Assembly: GCA_030665785.1 (NCBI GenBank) | Contig: DAOUZA010000003.1 | Span: 1-48,428, forward strand | Reading direction: 5' to 3' | Length of the DNA: 48,428 nt | DNA from: Dehalococcoidia bacterium | GTDB lineage: Bacteria; Chloroflexota; Dehalococcoidia; GIF9; AB-539-J10 | Part shown: piece by piece, positions 1 through 10,303 of the stretch | Layout: each line of letters opens with the position of its first letter | Position numbering within the stretch: position 1 is the first letter of the stretch | Notes under the pieces: model-generated | Seen by the model: the letters and a program-made list of their open reading frames with translations, nothing else | Databases searched by the model: none | What the model was told of the DNA's origin: nothing | Position numbers and translations under genes: made by a program

Positions 1-281
1 TAAAATAAAGGTCTCTTCACTAGTTTAATGTCAACATACCGATCTGCGTTTGTTTTTCTGATGACTAATTCAATATAGTTATCAGGTGGAAAAACATGAT
101 GCCCAAAATCAACGTGGTAGTTATACACATCAGCCCTTTACCATTCTTTGGTATTTCTAGTTGCATCTCTCCAGCCTATAAAATAGTCTTTGTCTATCAA
201 TAACGTATTATTATTTTCTGATAAAAGAGCCGCAGCGGCCACTCCAGTAAATCCAGCACCAATTACTACTACATCATACAT
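1..281 (-). pseudogene. 5' part of an FAD-dependent oxidoreductase (GxGxxG), interrupted by an in-frame TAA and truncated by the window edge
   Basis: Manual translation from ATG 281 (SD GGAGGAGG): MYDVVVIGAGFTGVAAAALLSENNNTLLIDKD...KEW*RADVYNYHVDFGHHVF...; stop at 140-138; the same frame stays open to position 1. Confidence 0.6.
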
Positions 282-507
282 GACGTCCTCCTCCTAAATA
301 TTGTTGTACTAAAAGTTCGTGATTGTTTCACAGTCACTATAGCAATGAAAGCAGCGAAAATCAATGATAATGCGAGTATTATTACATAAGCTATAAAGGC
401 TTAAGTACCTCCGGGTAAGTGAATAAGGATGATAAAAGTATATGCTCTTTACACACAATGATTTTGACAAGGCGGTATTGCCTGAGCTATATAGGTAAGG
501 AAAGGAA

Positions 508-1080
508 ATGTGGAGATATTTACTTTGTGCCGCTATTTGTATTGCGGTATGGGTCATTAATGGTAAATGGCTACTTGAAGGAAAACGGAAACATAACCTC
601 AGTGAACTTTACGAACACAGCGGGTTGGGTATCTTTTTCACCCTGCTAACGCTTGAATTAACCATTGGCTCGATGTTGGGGATGCAATTTGATGTCCTGT
701 GGTTACAAATTATCGGTTTTGTTCTCTACATCCCCACAGCTTTTCTAGTTGCATCTTCACTCATCACTCTCAGATATAAAGGTAAACCAGAAGGTCCTGA
801 CCCCCTTGCCACCACTACTCCAATTGATACCGGTATATTTCGAGTTGTTCGGCATCCTCTATATTTGGGCACAGCACTCTGGTCCATTGCCTTAATGTTG
901 GTTTTTCAATCAGTTATTTCGGTGGTCCTCGGAGGAATTGCAATTTTTTGCTTCCAAATGGCATCGCAGAAGGAAGATGAATTTAATATTAAGAAATTTG
1001 GAGATAGTTACGAGGAGTACATGAAAACGGTTCCCAGGTGGAATGTTTTTAAGGGGTTGAAGAATTTAGGAAACAGATGA
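508..1080 (+). CDS. Isoprenylcysteine carboxylmethyltransferase / PEMT-family membrane methyltransferase
   Basis: Several hydrophobic helices; TGIFRVVRHPLYLG and ED...KFG..YEEY...VPRW motifs. Confidence 0.8.
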   Translation: MWRYLLCAAICIAVWVINGKWLLEGKRKHNLSELYEHSGLGIFFTLLTLELTIGSMLGMQFDVLWLQIIGFVLYIPTAFLVASSLITLRYKGKPEGPDPLATTTPIDTGIFRVVRHPLYLGTALWSIALMLVFQSVISVVLGGIAIFCFQMASQKEDEFNIKKFGDSYEEYMKTVPRWNVFKGLKNLGNR

Positions 1081-1194
1081 TGCGCAGGAATCTACTGGAC
1101 AAGTATCTTCTGGCAAAGCCAACCGACCGTGCCTATTCAGCTTAGCGTTTTTGTTGACCTAGTTTTTGCTATCTTAGCACCCTGGCCCAAGCAT

Positions 1195-2661
1195 TTAAGA
1201 ACCGTGAGGGGACAAATTTCTCCGATATTTAGCATACTCAGCTAACCTAGAAAGGACAGTAGCAGCATGGTCGGGCAAGAGATAGTATGGAATTTTCTTC
1301 TGCACTGCCAGCCTACTCACCTGAGCATCTATATATCCACCATCAAACTCTGAAGCGGTGATAATTGGCTTATCATATTTAGCCACTAAAACTGCTAACT
1401 GCTCAAAAACCTCAGCCAGGGAATCCGCAAATGCCTTAAGCTGCTCACGCAAATCTGAGCTCTCATTGGATACCAATGCTATGCCTCTGGGCAGCAATGG
1501 TGATAAGTTCAGCAACATCAGACCATCGATAGTAGCACAACGGAGCATAACCTCGATAGATTTCATCACAGCTTCCCCGAAAACCCCCGCCACCAAATCT
1601 ACCGGGTTGCCCCGGCTCCACCAGGAAGGCAAGAGGCTATCCAATTCCTTTATGGTTTCCTCAGGAAGCTGAGCCACACTAAGGCCAGCATTGATACACG
1701 CATCGGCGCCAAGAACCCCCCAACCCCCACCAGCAGTGATTATTCCTACTCTTTTCCCTCGTGGCAGCGGTTGATGCAACAGGGCAGCGCCAACATTGAA
1801 TATCTCATCCATGTCTCGAACCCTTATAATCCCTGCTTGCTTGCAAACAGAGTCAAAAATAGCATCAGAGCCTGCTAAGGCAGCAGTATGTGATTTGGCT
1901 GCCCTAGCTCCAGCACTTGTACATCCCGCTTTAAGCGTCACGATGGGCTTTTTTTGAGTAACCTTTTTAGCTGTTTCAAAAAACCTTCTGCCATCTTTGA
2001 GCCCTTCAACGTAGCTCAATATGACTTTAGTCTCATCATCCTCAGCCAAATACTCAAGATAATCTTCTAAGTGCAAATCAGCCTCATTGCCATAGCTGAT
2101 AAGCTTGCTGATACCAAAACCCTTACTGTTTAATCTTTGGGCAATGGAAAAGCCGATATTGCCGCTTTGTGAGACTACAGCAAAGGGCCCCGGCTTGGGA
2201 AATAAAGGTGGCATGATGGCACATAAACTGCAAGCTGTGCTGATAATGCCAAAGCAATTGGGTCCCACTAAAATCATGCCACTTTTGCGGGCTATGTTGA
2301 CCACCTCCCGCTGCAATTTCTCTCCTTCAGCTCCTACCTCAGCAAAACCAGCGGTGATGATGACCGCGGCCTTGATTCCCTTCTCAGCACATTCTTGCAG
2401 AACTTGTGGCACGCTGAAAGGGGGGGTCACAACTACAGCAAGATCAGGAGTCTCAGGCAGAGCCTTGACATTGGAATATGCCTTCAAGCCCAGGATTTCT
2501 TTCTCCTTTGGATTTACAGGGTATACCTTGCCTTTGAAGTGCCCGGTGATAATGTGAGATAAAATAACAGACCCCCATTTATATTGATTTGCTGATGCTC
2601 CAACCAAAGTAAGCGACCTGGGATTGAAAAGGGAGTCAAATTTTTGAGCTATTTCAGACAT
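1195..2661 (-). CDS. acdA: Acyl/acetate-CoA ligase (ADP-forming) alpha subunit
   Basis: LFNPRS..VGAS, GPNCFG, SQSG, GNEAD, SHTAALAG (phospho-His), NPVDL; start taken at ATG 2661 (SD GAGAGG) rather than 2685. Confidence 0.85.
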   Translation of the reverse strand: MSEIAQKFDSLFNPRSLTLVGASANQYKWGSVILSHIITGHFKGKVYPVNPKEKEILGLKAYSNVKALPETPDLAVVVTPPFSVPQVLQECAEKGIKAAVIITAGFAEVGAEGEKLQREVVNIARKSGMILVGPNCFGIISTACSLCAIMPPLFPKPGPFAVVSQSGNIGFSIAQRLNSKGFGISKLISYGNEADLHLEDYLEYLAEDDETKVILSYVEGLKDGRRFFETAKKVTQKKPIVTLKAGCTSAGARAAKSHTAALAGSDAIFDSVCKQAGIIRVRDMDEIFNVGAALLHQPLPRGKRVGIITAGGGWGVLGADACINAGLSVAQLPEETIKELDSLLPSWWSRGNPVDLVAGVFGEAVMKSIEVMLRCATIDGLMLLNLSPLLPRGIALVSNESSDLREQLKAFADSLAEVFEQLAVLVAKYDKPIITASEFDGGYIDAQVSRLAVQKKIPYYLLPDHAATVLSRLAEYAKYRRNLSPHGS

Positions 2662-2833
2662 AACCTCTCTATTACTAACTATCATCGGCTACTAATTGCC
2701 TAAGGCTTTCGAGATACCAATTTAGCCAACCCCCTATGTTATTCCATTTGGGAAGCGGAGTCAATCGGAGCTCAGAAAACACTGTTGTTTTGCTCAACTA
2801 GCTTTGCTATGATGCAATAAGAGGTGATTAATT

Positions 2834-3871
2834 ATGAAAACAGGATTGGTTTATGACCCAATTTATCTGGAGCACGATACTGGCGCTCATGTGGAGAATT
2901 CCCAGAGGTTAGTATCCATAATGTCGCATTTGGAGGAGACCGGGATGAAAGAAAAACTTATCTCGTTTTCTCCCCGCCCTGCCTCAATAGAAGAGGTAGA
3001 AATGGTGCATGCTCCAGAATATGTTTCTCGCATTAAAGGCACGGCTGAAAGTGGTGGTGGATGGCTTGACCCTGATACTGTTATGTGCCCGAGGTCCTAT
3101 GAAGTGGCTTTATATGCTGTCGGTGGGTTGCTAACCGCGGTAGAAAAAGTAATGGCAGGTGAGGTTGATTCTGCTTTTGCTTTAGTTAGACCTCCAGGAC
3201 ACCATGCCACCTGCAATAGAGCAATGGGATTCTGCATTTTCAACAATGTAGCTATTGCAGCTAAATTCGCCCTGGCTAATTTTGATATTGAGCGCATCCT
3301 TATTGCTGATTTCGATGTTCACCATGGCAATGGTACTCAGGAGACTTTTTACGGTGACCCCAAAGTCCTCTACTTCTCTACCCATGAATATCCCTTTTAT
3401 CCCGGGACTGGCTGGATAGATGAAACTGGAACTGGTGAGGGAAAAGGATATACCGTTAATTTTCCAATGTCTGCCGGCTGGGGAGATGCGCAATACCTGA
3501 GAGCTTTCAACGAGGTTTTCGTTCCAGTAGCTAAGAAATTCCAACCACAGCTTATTCTTGTTTCCGTTGGCTTTGACCCTCACTGGGCTGACGACATAGC
3601 TATGATGCAGATGAGTGTTATTGGTTTTGCCCAGATTGTTAAGATACTAAAACAGCTCGCTGTTGAGTTATGCCAAGGACGTCTTATCCTTACCTTGGAA
3701 GGGGGCTACAACCTTCAGGTAGCTGCTTCAGGGACAAAGGCTATTTTTGATGTTCTTCTGGGCAACACGGAGATAGTAGACCCGTTGGGCAAGGCGCCGC
3801 TGACAAGAGAAACCGTTGATTTTGAACAGCATCTCAAAAGAGTAAAGGAAACACATCATATAGAAGATTGA
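2834..3871 (+). CDS. Zn-dependent histone deacetylase family protein (AcuC/AphA-like)
   Basis: RPPGHHA, GFCIFNN, DFDVHHGNGTQ, LEGGY motifs. Confidence 0.92.
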   Translation: MKTGLVYDPIYLEHDTGAHVENSQRLVSIMSHLEETGMKEKLISFSPRPASIEEVEMVHAPEYVSRIKGTAESGGGWLDPDTVMCPRSYEVALYAVGGLLTAVEKVMAGEVDSAFALVRPPGHHATCNRAMGFCIFNNVAIAAKFALANFDIERILIADFDVHHGNGTQETFYGDPKVLYFSTHEYPFYPGTGWIDETGTGEGKGYTVNFPMSAGWGDAQYLRAFNEVFVPVAKKFQPQLILVSVGFDPHWADDIAMMQMSVIGFAQIVKILKQLAVELCQGRLILTLEGGYNLQVAASGTKAIFDVLLGNTEIVDPLGKAPLTRETVDFEQHLKRVKETHHIED

Positions 3872-3897
3872 ACAGACGTCTGGATATATTATGTAAA

Positions 3898-5094
3898 CTA
3901 TCCTCTATTCTTCGGCAGAAAACGTGAGAAAACCTCGTTTCCCAAAAGTTTGCCTTTAGTGGTTAGCCTGATTCCATGTTCATTTTTAACTATCAAACCC
4001 AGCTCAACCAGCTCGTTAATTTGTTGTTGGTGATAAATAGAATAAAGCTCCACTCCAAAGCGACGAGTAAAGTTAGCGAGATTTACTCCTTCCTCTAATC
4101 TCAAGCCCAAGATCACCGATTCAGCAATTTCTAAATCCCTGTCAATGTGTTCAATGTTATCCACCAAGGGACTATTAAAATATGGCTGTTGAGACGCTTT
4201 TGTTTTCGTATTGCTGCTGTGCTTTATGTATTCTATTGGCGATAAAACATTAGCCCAGCGATAACCACCCAAATAAGAATGAGCACCAGCACCAAAACCC
4301 AAATAAGGTTCATTTTTCCAATAAGTTAAGTTGTGTTGACATTCCTTCCTGGGCAATGCCCAGTTGGATATCTCATAGTGGTTATAGCCTTCTTTAGCCA
4401 GCTCATGTTTAGCCAACAAATACATGTCAGCTGCCAGGTCAGCGTTGGGTTTTGGCAGCGAACCCGATGCTACAGCATTCGCCAATGGTGTACCAGGTTC
4501 CAGGGTGAGTGGATAAAGTGAAAGATGCTCAGGATTGAGCTTTATCACCTCAGCAAGATTATTTTGCCAATCGTTAATTGTCTGCCGTGGCAAAGCGTAT
4601 AGCAAATCGATATTGATATTCTCAAATCCTGTCTCTCTGGCTGTTAAATAAGCTTCTTTGGCTTCAACTGCTGAGTGAACTCTTCCCAGCAGCTTGAGTT
4701 CACTATCGCTGAAGCTTTGCACCCCTAAACTAAGCCGATTAACTCCGATCTGTTTCAATTGGGTCAGAAAGGATTGGTCAATGGTTCCAGGATTTGCTTC
4801 CAAAGTCACTTCCAGAGCCGGTGGCATATTGAAAAGCTCCCTGCAGGTCTTCAGGATACAGGATACTGCGTTCATGGGAAGCAAGCTAGGTGTGCCTCCA
4901 CCAAAATAAATTGTTGCTATTTCAAACTGCCAAATACCCTTGGCATAAAGCTGCATTTCCTCCTTTAAGGCCTCTACATATTGAGGAATAAGCCAGCTTA
5001 ACCCAGCATAGGAGTTAAAATCACAGTAGTAACACTTAGATAAGCAAAAAGGGATGTGAAAGTAAAGGCTCAATTTCCGTGGTTTGCCCATCAA
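3898..5094 (-). CDS. hemW: Radical SAM heme chaperone HemW (HemN-like)
   Basis: LYFHIPFCLSKCYYCDFN (CxxxCxxC), FGGGTPS, YEISNW, HNLTYW. Confidence 0.88.
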   Translation of the reverse strand: MMGKPRKLSLYFHIPFCLSKCYYCDFNSYAGLSWLIPQYVEALKEEMQLYAKGIWQFEIATIYFGGGTPSLLPMNAVSCILKTCRELFNMPPALEVTLEANPGTIDQSFLTQLKQIGVNRLSLGVQSFSDSELKLLGRVHSAVEAKEAYLTARETGFENINIDLLYALPRQTINDWQNNLAEVIKLNPEHLSLYPLTLEPGTPLANAVASGSLPKPNADLAADMYLLAKHELAKEGYNHYEISNWALPRKECQHNLTYWKNEPYLGFGAGAHSYLGGYRWANVLSPIEYIKHSSNTKTKASQQPYFNSPLVDNIEHIDRDLEIAESVILGLRLEEGVNLANFTRRFGVELYSIYHQQQINELVELGLIVKNEHGIRLTTKGKLLGNEVFSRFLPKNRG

Positions 5095-6008
5095 GCAGCT
5101 TTTTTAGGAAAGGAGAGCCAGGGAAACATTTGCCTCCATTCCCCTTTCTCCCAAACAACTAAGAGGGGGGCGGCGATGCATAGTGAGCTATAAGTACCGG
5201 CGAGTAACCCGATTAATAGTGCTAATACAAAGTAGTGAATCGTGGCTCCACCGAAGAGCAACAATGCTAAAATAACACAAAGTGTGGTTAGGGAAGTATT
5301 CATTGAGCGGGCTAGAGTCTCTGTAAGACTAGAATTCACCGTTACAGCAAAGTCAGGGCTGAGGCCTCTAGTCCTATTTTCTCTAATGCGGTCAAACACA
5401 ACTACAGTATTATTGATACTGTAGCCTACAACGGTGAGCACTGCAGTAATAAACATAGCGTTAACTTCCACATTAGCCACTTGACCAAGAATAGCGAAGA
5501 CCCCCACAACAATGAGCACATCATGAACAAGAGCGATAATGGCACCGGTACCCCAGCGGAAAGGTTTAGGCATGCGGCGGAACGCCCAGGCAATGTAAAT
5601 TAACATAGCCACAGCAGCTATTATCACGGCAATGCCAGCATTACGTGCTGTGTCTTTGGCTATGACAGGAGAAACTGTGTTATAGTCAAGAACTAAAATC
5701 TCTGTATCCAAGCCAGTTTCTAATCCACTAATTAGAGATTGCCTTTCATCAACCGATATTTCCTTGGTGCGGATGAAAAAATTGTCCTCACTCCTCTGAA
5801 TAATGGCTTCAGGATATCCCAGAGCAGTCAACTCTTGACGTAACTGATTCTGCTCTACCTGTGGAGTAAAACTAAGGGTCATGGATGTACCACCAGTGAA
5901 GTCAATCCCAGGCTGCAGCTTAAAAGCGGATAATGAGATTATCATTACGATAATCATTATGGCTGAGCCGAGGAAAAACCACTGTTTTTTTCCTATAAAG
6001 TCAATCAT
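5091..6008 (-). CDS. secF: Protein translocase subunit SecF
   Basis: GIDFTGG, HDV, GYSINNTVVVFDRIRE, GTYSS. Confidence 0.95.
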   Translation of the reverse strand: MIDFIGKKQWFFLGSAIMIIVMIISLSAFKLQPGIDFTGGTSMTLSFTPQVEQNQLRQELTALGYPEAIIQRSEDNFFIRTKEISVDERQSLISGLETGLDTEILVLDYNTVSPVIAKDTARNAGIAVIIAAVAMLIYIAWAFRRMPKPFRWGTGAIIALVHDVLIVVGVFAILGQVANVEVNAMFITAVLTVVGYSINNTVVVFDRIRENRTRGLSPDFAVTVNSSLTETLARSMNTSLTTLCVILALLLFGGATIHYFVLALLIGLLAGTYSSLCIAAPLLVVWEKGEWRQMFPWLSFPKKAA

Positions 6009-7339
6009 ACCCTAACCCCATAAGCTGCTGGATTAGTAACTAGGCGGCCGCCAACGACAAAACGAAGGAAAGTCCGAGTGATAATAATGGCGGTAAACAT
6101 GCTTAATGCCACACCAATAAACAAAGTCAGGGCAAAACCTCTAACCATAAAGGCACCAAATGTACCACCAAGCCAGAAAAGGACGGCACAAGCAATAAAG
6201 GTGGTGATGTTACTGTCACGAATAGCTGTCCAGGCACGGTTAAACCCAGTCTCTACAACGGCACCCAAGGTGCGTCCAGAACGCAGTTCCTCCTTCATTC
6301 GCTCAAAAATAAGAACATTGGCATCAACAGCCATACCTAAAGATAAGATGAGTGCCGCAATGCCAGGCAAAGTTAAGGTCATCGGGAAAAAGCTAAAGAT
6401 AGCTAAAAGCAAAACACCGTAAATCCCCAGGCTGAAACAAGCTACTAACCCGAGTAAGCGATAATAGGCAATCATAAATAGCAATAACAATACCAGCCCA
6501 ATTCCACCAGCAATCATGCTTTTCCTTATAGAATCAGCTCCTAAAGAAGCATCTACGTCTCGCTGGTCAATAAGCGTCAATGGAACATCTAAAGAACCAG
6601 AGTTAAGCTGTATTGCTAAGTTCCCAGCTTCATCTATGGTGAAACGACCTTTTATGTACCCCCGCTCGGTAGCAGTAATAGTCGCTTGAACCACCGGGTC
6701 TGATATCATTTCATTATCTAAAAAGATGGCTAATCTTTTGCCTACATTTCTCTTCGTTATTTGCTCAAAGAGATATGCTCCCTCGCTGTCCCATTCTAGA
6801 AAAACTACTGGACCTTCATAGGGGTCTATGTCGCGGTAAGCACGGTTGAGGTATTTGCCAGTGAGCTCCCTCACTTGACCATCTTTGCCACTAGCCTTGG
6901 CAGGTTCGTCCTGGTAAATCGGGTTCCCCATTTCATCAAGCATTGGGGTTCCATTTGCATTGAACTTCTGCTCTCTAAAGTCGAGCAGAGCAGTCTTACC
7001 AATGAGCTTGATTGCCTCGGTAATGTTTTCCACACCGGGGAGTTGAACTAATATTCGGTCAGTTCCCTGCTTTTGAACTGTAGGCTCGGTAACCCCATAT
7101 TCATTAACCCTTCGCTGAATTTTCTCTATTACTGATGCCATAGCAGTCTGCTCACTCATAGAGGGGTCTTTCTGAGACAGATTGGCTTCATAAAGCAATT
7201 GGCTGCCACCTTTAAGGTCAAGCCCTAACGTTAGTCCATTAGGACCGAGTAACTTCGTATTTACTGGTAGTATTGACCATAAGGCAAGACCAAAAAGCAC
7301 AATAATGAAAATTAATAAGTAAATATTTTTGCTGCTCAA
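6005..7339 (-). CDS. secD: Protein translocase subunit SecD
   Basis: LGLDLKGG, GVTEP, GMAVDANVLIFER, DSNITT. Confidence 0.95.
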   Translation of the reverse strand: MSSKNIYLLIFIIVLFGLALWSILPVNTKLLGPNGLTLGLDLKGGSQLLYEANLSQKDPSMSEQTAMASVIEKIQRRVNEYGVTEPTVQKQGTDRILVQLPGVENITEAIKLIGKTALLDFREQKFNANGTPMLDEMGNPIYQDEPAKASGKDGQVRELTGKYLNRAYRDIDPYEGPVVFLEWDSEGAYLFEQITKRNVGKRLAIFLDNEMISDPVVQATITATERGYIKGRFTIDEAGNLAIQLNSGSLDVPLTLIDQRDVDASLGADSIRKSMIAGGIGLVLLLLFMIAYYRLLGLVACFSLGIYGVLLLAIFSFFPMTLTLPGIAALILSLGMAVDANVLIFERMKEELRSGRTLGAVVETGFNRAWTAIRDSNITTFIACAVLFWLGGTFGAFMVRGFALTLFIGVALSMFTAIIITRTFLRFVVGGRLVTNPAAYGVRV

Positions 7340-8863
7340 TTAACCAACCTTATCCTTCAACGTACGCTTATCCAATTCTACTTGAACTAGAGCTAGCGCC
7401 TCTTTCTTGCTGGTTAGTTCACCACTGGCTTGAGCTTCCTGCACTGAGTCCAGAAGCTCGCCAATCAACGGTCCCGAAGCTAAACCAAAGGTATTAATTA
7501 AATCATGCCCATCAACCAGCTTTGGTGGCAGAACCTTAGCGTGCTGTTTATCATGCTCGGTTAGTATGTAGTTTAGCAACCTGCAATGTTTTTCCCATTC
7601 CGCCATCTCTAACAGAGGTCCACGACTAGCAAGATAGTCAGCCAGGGCTAAAATCAAAATATCAATGCCAACATCGCCGGTATCCCTGAAGTAGCGATAG
7701 ATTGCTCGCTGCGTAGGCATCTCTTTATCCGACATTTGCATTGGGCGGAGATGGTGGTAAACGAGGCTTTCCACCAAATTTATTTCTCGGTTGCTAAATC
7801 GTAGCCTTCCCAAGATAGCCGCCGTCATATCGGCTCCCTGTTTAGTATGACCATAAAAGTGCGTTCTATCGGTATTATCAACAAATTTTGTCCTTGGCTT
7901 GGCAATATCATGGAACAATCCACCCAGTTTAAGCAAGGTTTTGTGAGTGCTACCACTGGATACCTCTTGAGCTAAATGTTCCTTTATACCTTGTGACCAA
8001 GGAGTATCGGTTAATATCTCTTCACTGCCATACTCCCAATCATGCTCCCTGATTAGAAATTCTATCGCTGCTACAGTTTGCAAAGAATGGTCAAATACAT
8101 CCCAAACATGTAATCTAGGTTGTTCTACACCCTTGCCTTCCGCCAATTCCGGGACTAAAGCCAAAAGCAAGCCAAGCTCATCAAGATAACGCAGGTAGTG
8201 GGCGCTGTTAGGCAAATTAACCACCTTAAGCAATTCTTCCCTGATTCTTTCCCCCGGGATTTTGGTGATTAACTCAGAATAATGGCAAATTAGAGCCTCT
8301 GTCTCCGGTTCAATAACGAAATTGAGTTCAGCAGCGAGACGCACTGCTCGCAATAGCCTGGCAGCATCAACCTCGAATATCTTCTTGCTGACACCTCGTA
8401 TAATCTTGTTCCTTAAATCCTTCTCCCCGGAAAAGGGGTCAATAAGTCTCACTCCGGATTGCTTTAGAATCTGTTCATTTTGCTTGGGGCTTCGGCTCAC
8501 CACAGTGATAAATTGTCTAAGCTCAGCAGCCATGGCGTTTATGGTAAAATCACGTCGGGCAAGGTCAGATTCAATGTTATCTGCAAAGGAAGACAAATCA
8601 AGATACCATACTTGTTCACCTTCACTTACCACTACTCTGGCTATCCCATTCACACCGTCTAGCAGCACAAATTTGCCCTCTACGGTCTTGGCTACTTCCT
8701 GGGCTATATTTATTGCGTTACCATTTACAGCAATATCGACGTCATTGGTTTTCCTGCCCAAAAACCAATCACGCACAAAACCTCCCACCGCGTAGCTTTG
8801 ATATTCCTGGCGGTCCAATAGTGAGGATACCTTTTTCAGGATGATAGCCATATCAGTCTGCAT
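7340..8863 (-). CDS. cca: CCA tRNA nucleotidyltransferase / poly(A) polymerase family with HD domain
   Basis: VGGFVRD, DVDIA, DLARRDFTINAMA, HDIAKP; start moved to ATG 8863 because the TTG at 8881 overlaps a predicted -10 box. Confidence 0.85.
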   Translation of the reverse strand: MQTDMAIILKKVSSLLDRQEYQSYAVGGFVRDWFLGRKTNDVDIAVNGNAINIAQEVAKTVEGKFVLLDGVNGIARVVVSEGEQVWYLDLSSFADNIESDLARRDFTINAMAAELRQFITVVSRSPKQNEQILKQSGVRLIDPFSGEKDLRNKIIRGVSKKIFEVDAARLLRAVRLAAELNFVIEPETEALICHYSELITKIPGERIREELLKVVNLPNSAHYLRYLDELGLLLALVPELAEGKGVEQPRLHVWDVFDHSLQTVAAIEFLIREHDWEYGSEEILTDTPWSQGIKEHLAQEVSSGSTHKTLLKLGGLFHDIAKPRTKFVDNTDRTHFYGHTKQGADMTAAILGRLRFSNREINLVESLVYHHLRPMQMSDKEMPTQRAIYRYFRDTGDVGIDILILALADYLASRGPLLEMAEWEKHCRLLNYILTEHDKQHAKVLPPKLVDGHDLINTFGLASGPLIGELLDSVQEAQASGELTSKKEALALVQVELDKRTLKDKVG

Positions 8864-8880
8864 AACAAGATATGCAGGCA

Positions 8881-8909
8881 ATTATAGTTTGAGAAAACAA
8901 CGCTGTAAA
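8881..8909 (-). promoter_or_regulatory. sigma70-type promoter for cca-secD-secF-hemW
   Basis: TTTACA-17 bp-TATAAT on the minus strand. Confidence 0.65.
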
Positions 8910-9039
8910 GGAGTGAGTTATAAAACTTAGAAGAGACACGAAATTTGAAATGATTTTAGCTATAAAGGTCTATCTTTCATAATATAGTTATGTTAAAATC
9001 ACCGAGTTACCTTTGTATTAGTTTTATCATTAATAGGGA

Positions 9040-10299
9040 GTGGAGAAGATGAGAATTTGCCTGCTTACTTATAGGGGAAATCCATATAGTGGCGGCCAGG
9101 GTATTTATATTTATTATCTGGCTCGTGAACTACAGCGCATGGGGCATGAAGTAGATGTAATCAGCGGTCCGCCTTTCCCTGAACTAAGCGAAGGAATCAC
9201 TCTACATCGCCTTAAAAGTTCAAGCATATACTATCGAGAAGCTTCATTTAAGGGAAATCTTCGCAAAGTTCGAAACCCTACCGATTTTTACGAACTAGTC
9301 ACTACCCAGTATGGAATATTCAGTGATCCATTGGCATTCAGCATGCGAGCTTATGCTAAGGTCAAAGAGCTTCACAAGTCACGAAAGTTTGACATTATAC
9401 ATGATAATCAAGGGCTCGGTTATGGACTCCTTCTAATGAAGAAACTAGGAATACCAATTGTTGCCACTATTCATCATCCCCTTACTATAGATAAACAGGC
9501 TGATTTGAAACAAGCTGATAGCTTACGGGGTAAATGGGGAGTCCACATGTTCTATCTTCTCACTCACATGCAGGCTTTCGTTGCCCGACGCTTGGACAGA
9601 GTAATTACGGTATCCCAAAGTTCAGCTAAGGAAATTGAGAGGGCGTTTAAGGTAAATCCAGATAAACTAAGAGTTGTCTACAACGGTACAGATACCGATA
9701 TCTTTAAACCAATTAAAGAGGAAAGTAGCAATAGAAGCGGTTTAATTATGGTTGGGAATACCGATGATAGAAAAAAAGGAGTTATCTACCTCTTGAAAGC
9801 GCTATACCTACTGCATGATGACGGAATAAGGTTAACCATTGTAGATGACCCATGGCAGCGTTTCCCACACGGCAATCAAGCAGAGCCACCACCACCTTCC
9901 TATGCCTTGCGATTGTTACAGAAATTCGGGGTGGATGGGTTGGTTAACTTCACCGGGCGATTAACTAAAGAAGCACTAGCTAAACAATACTCCAGGGCTG
10001 AAGTAGCGGTAGTGCCCTCTCTTTATGAGGGCTTTGGTCTTCCTGCGTCTGAAGCAATGGCTTGTGGCGTTCCGGTAATAGCCAGCTCTGCTGGAGCTCT
10101 CCCTGAAGTAGTAGGTAATGCTGGCATACTTGTCCCGCCGGGAGAACCTGAGCCCCTGGCTGAGGCAATCAAGCGTTTATCCGAAGATAAACAATTACAA
10201 CGAAAACTAGGAGAGGCAGGAAGGAAGAGGGTACAACAAGAATTTAGCTGGGAAAAAGCAGCTAAGAAAACTGTGGAAGTATATCAAGGATTAATGTAG
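9040..10299 (+). CDS. Glycosyltransferase family 4 (GT-B)
   Basis: GGQGIY, HDNQGLGYG, RKKG, PSLYEGFGLPASEAMACG; ATG 9049 is an alternative start. Confidence 0.9.
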   Translation: MEKMRICLLTYRGNPYSGGQGIYIYYLARELQRMGHEVDVISGPPFPELSEGITLHRLKSSSIYYREASFKGNLRKVRNPTDFYELVTTQYGIFSDPLAFSMRAYAKVKELHKSRKFDIIHDNQGLGYGLLLMKKLGIPIVATIHHPLTIDKQADLKQADSLRGKWGVHMFYLLTHMQAFVARRLDRVITVSQSSAKEIERAFKVNPDKLRVVYNGTDTDIFKPIKEESSNRSGLIMVGNTDDRKKGVIYLLKALYLLHDDGIRLTIVDDPWQRFPHGNQAEPPPPSYALRLLQKFGVDGLVNFTGRLTKEALAKQYSRAEVAVVPSLYEGFGLPASEAMACGVPVIASSAGALPEVVGNAGILVPPGEPEPLAEAIKRLSEDKQLQRKLGEAGRKRVQQEFSWEKAAKKTVEVYQGLM

Positions 10300-10303
10300 C
10301 GCA

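Noticed and set aside
309-649. ORFs 309-557(-) and 419-649(+), and a hydrophobic stretch in another minus frame
   Set aside because: No recognisable motifs; they overlap the better-supported 508-1080 gene or lack a start
1077-1145. 22-aa ORF MMRRNLLDKYLLAKPTDRAYSA overlapping the ICMT stop, faintly like an MmcQ/YjbR N-terminus
   Set aside because: Too short to support; resemblance could be chance
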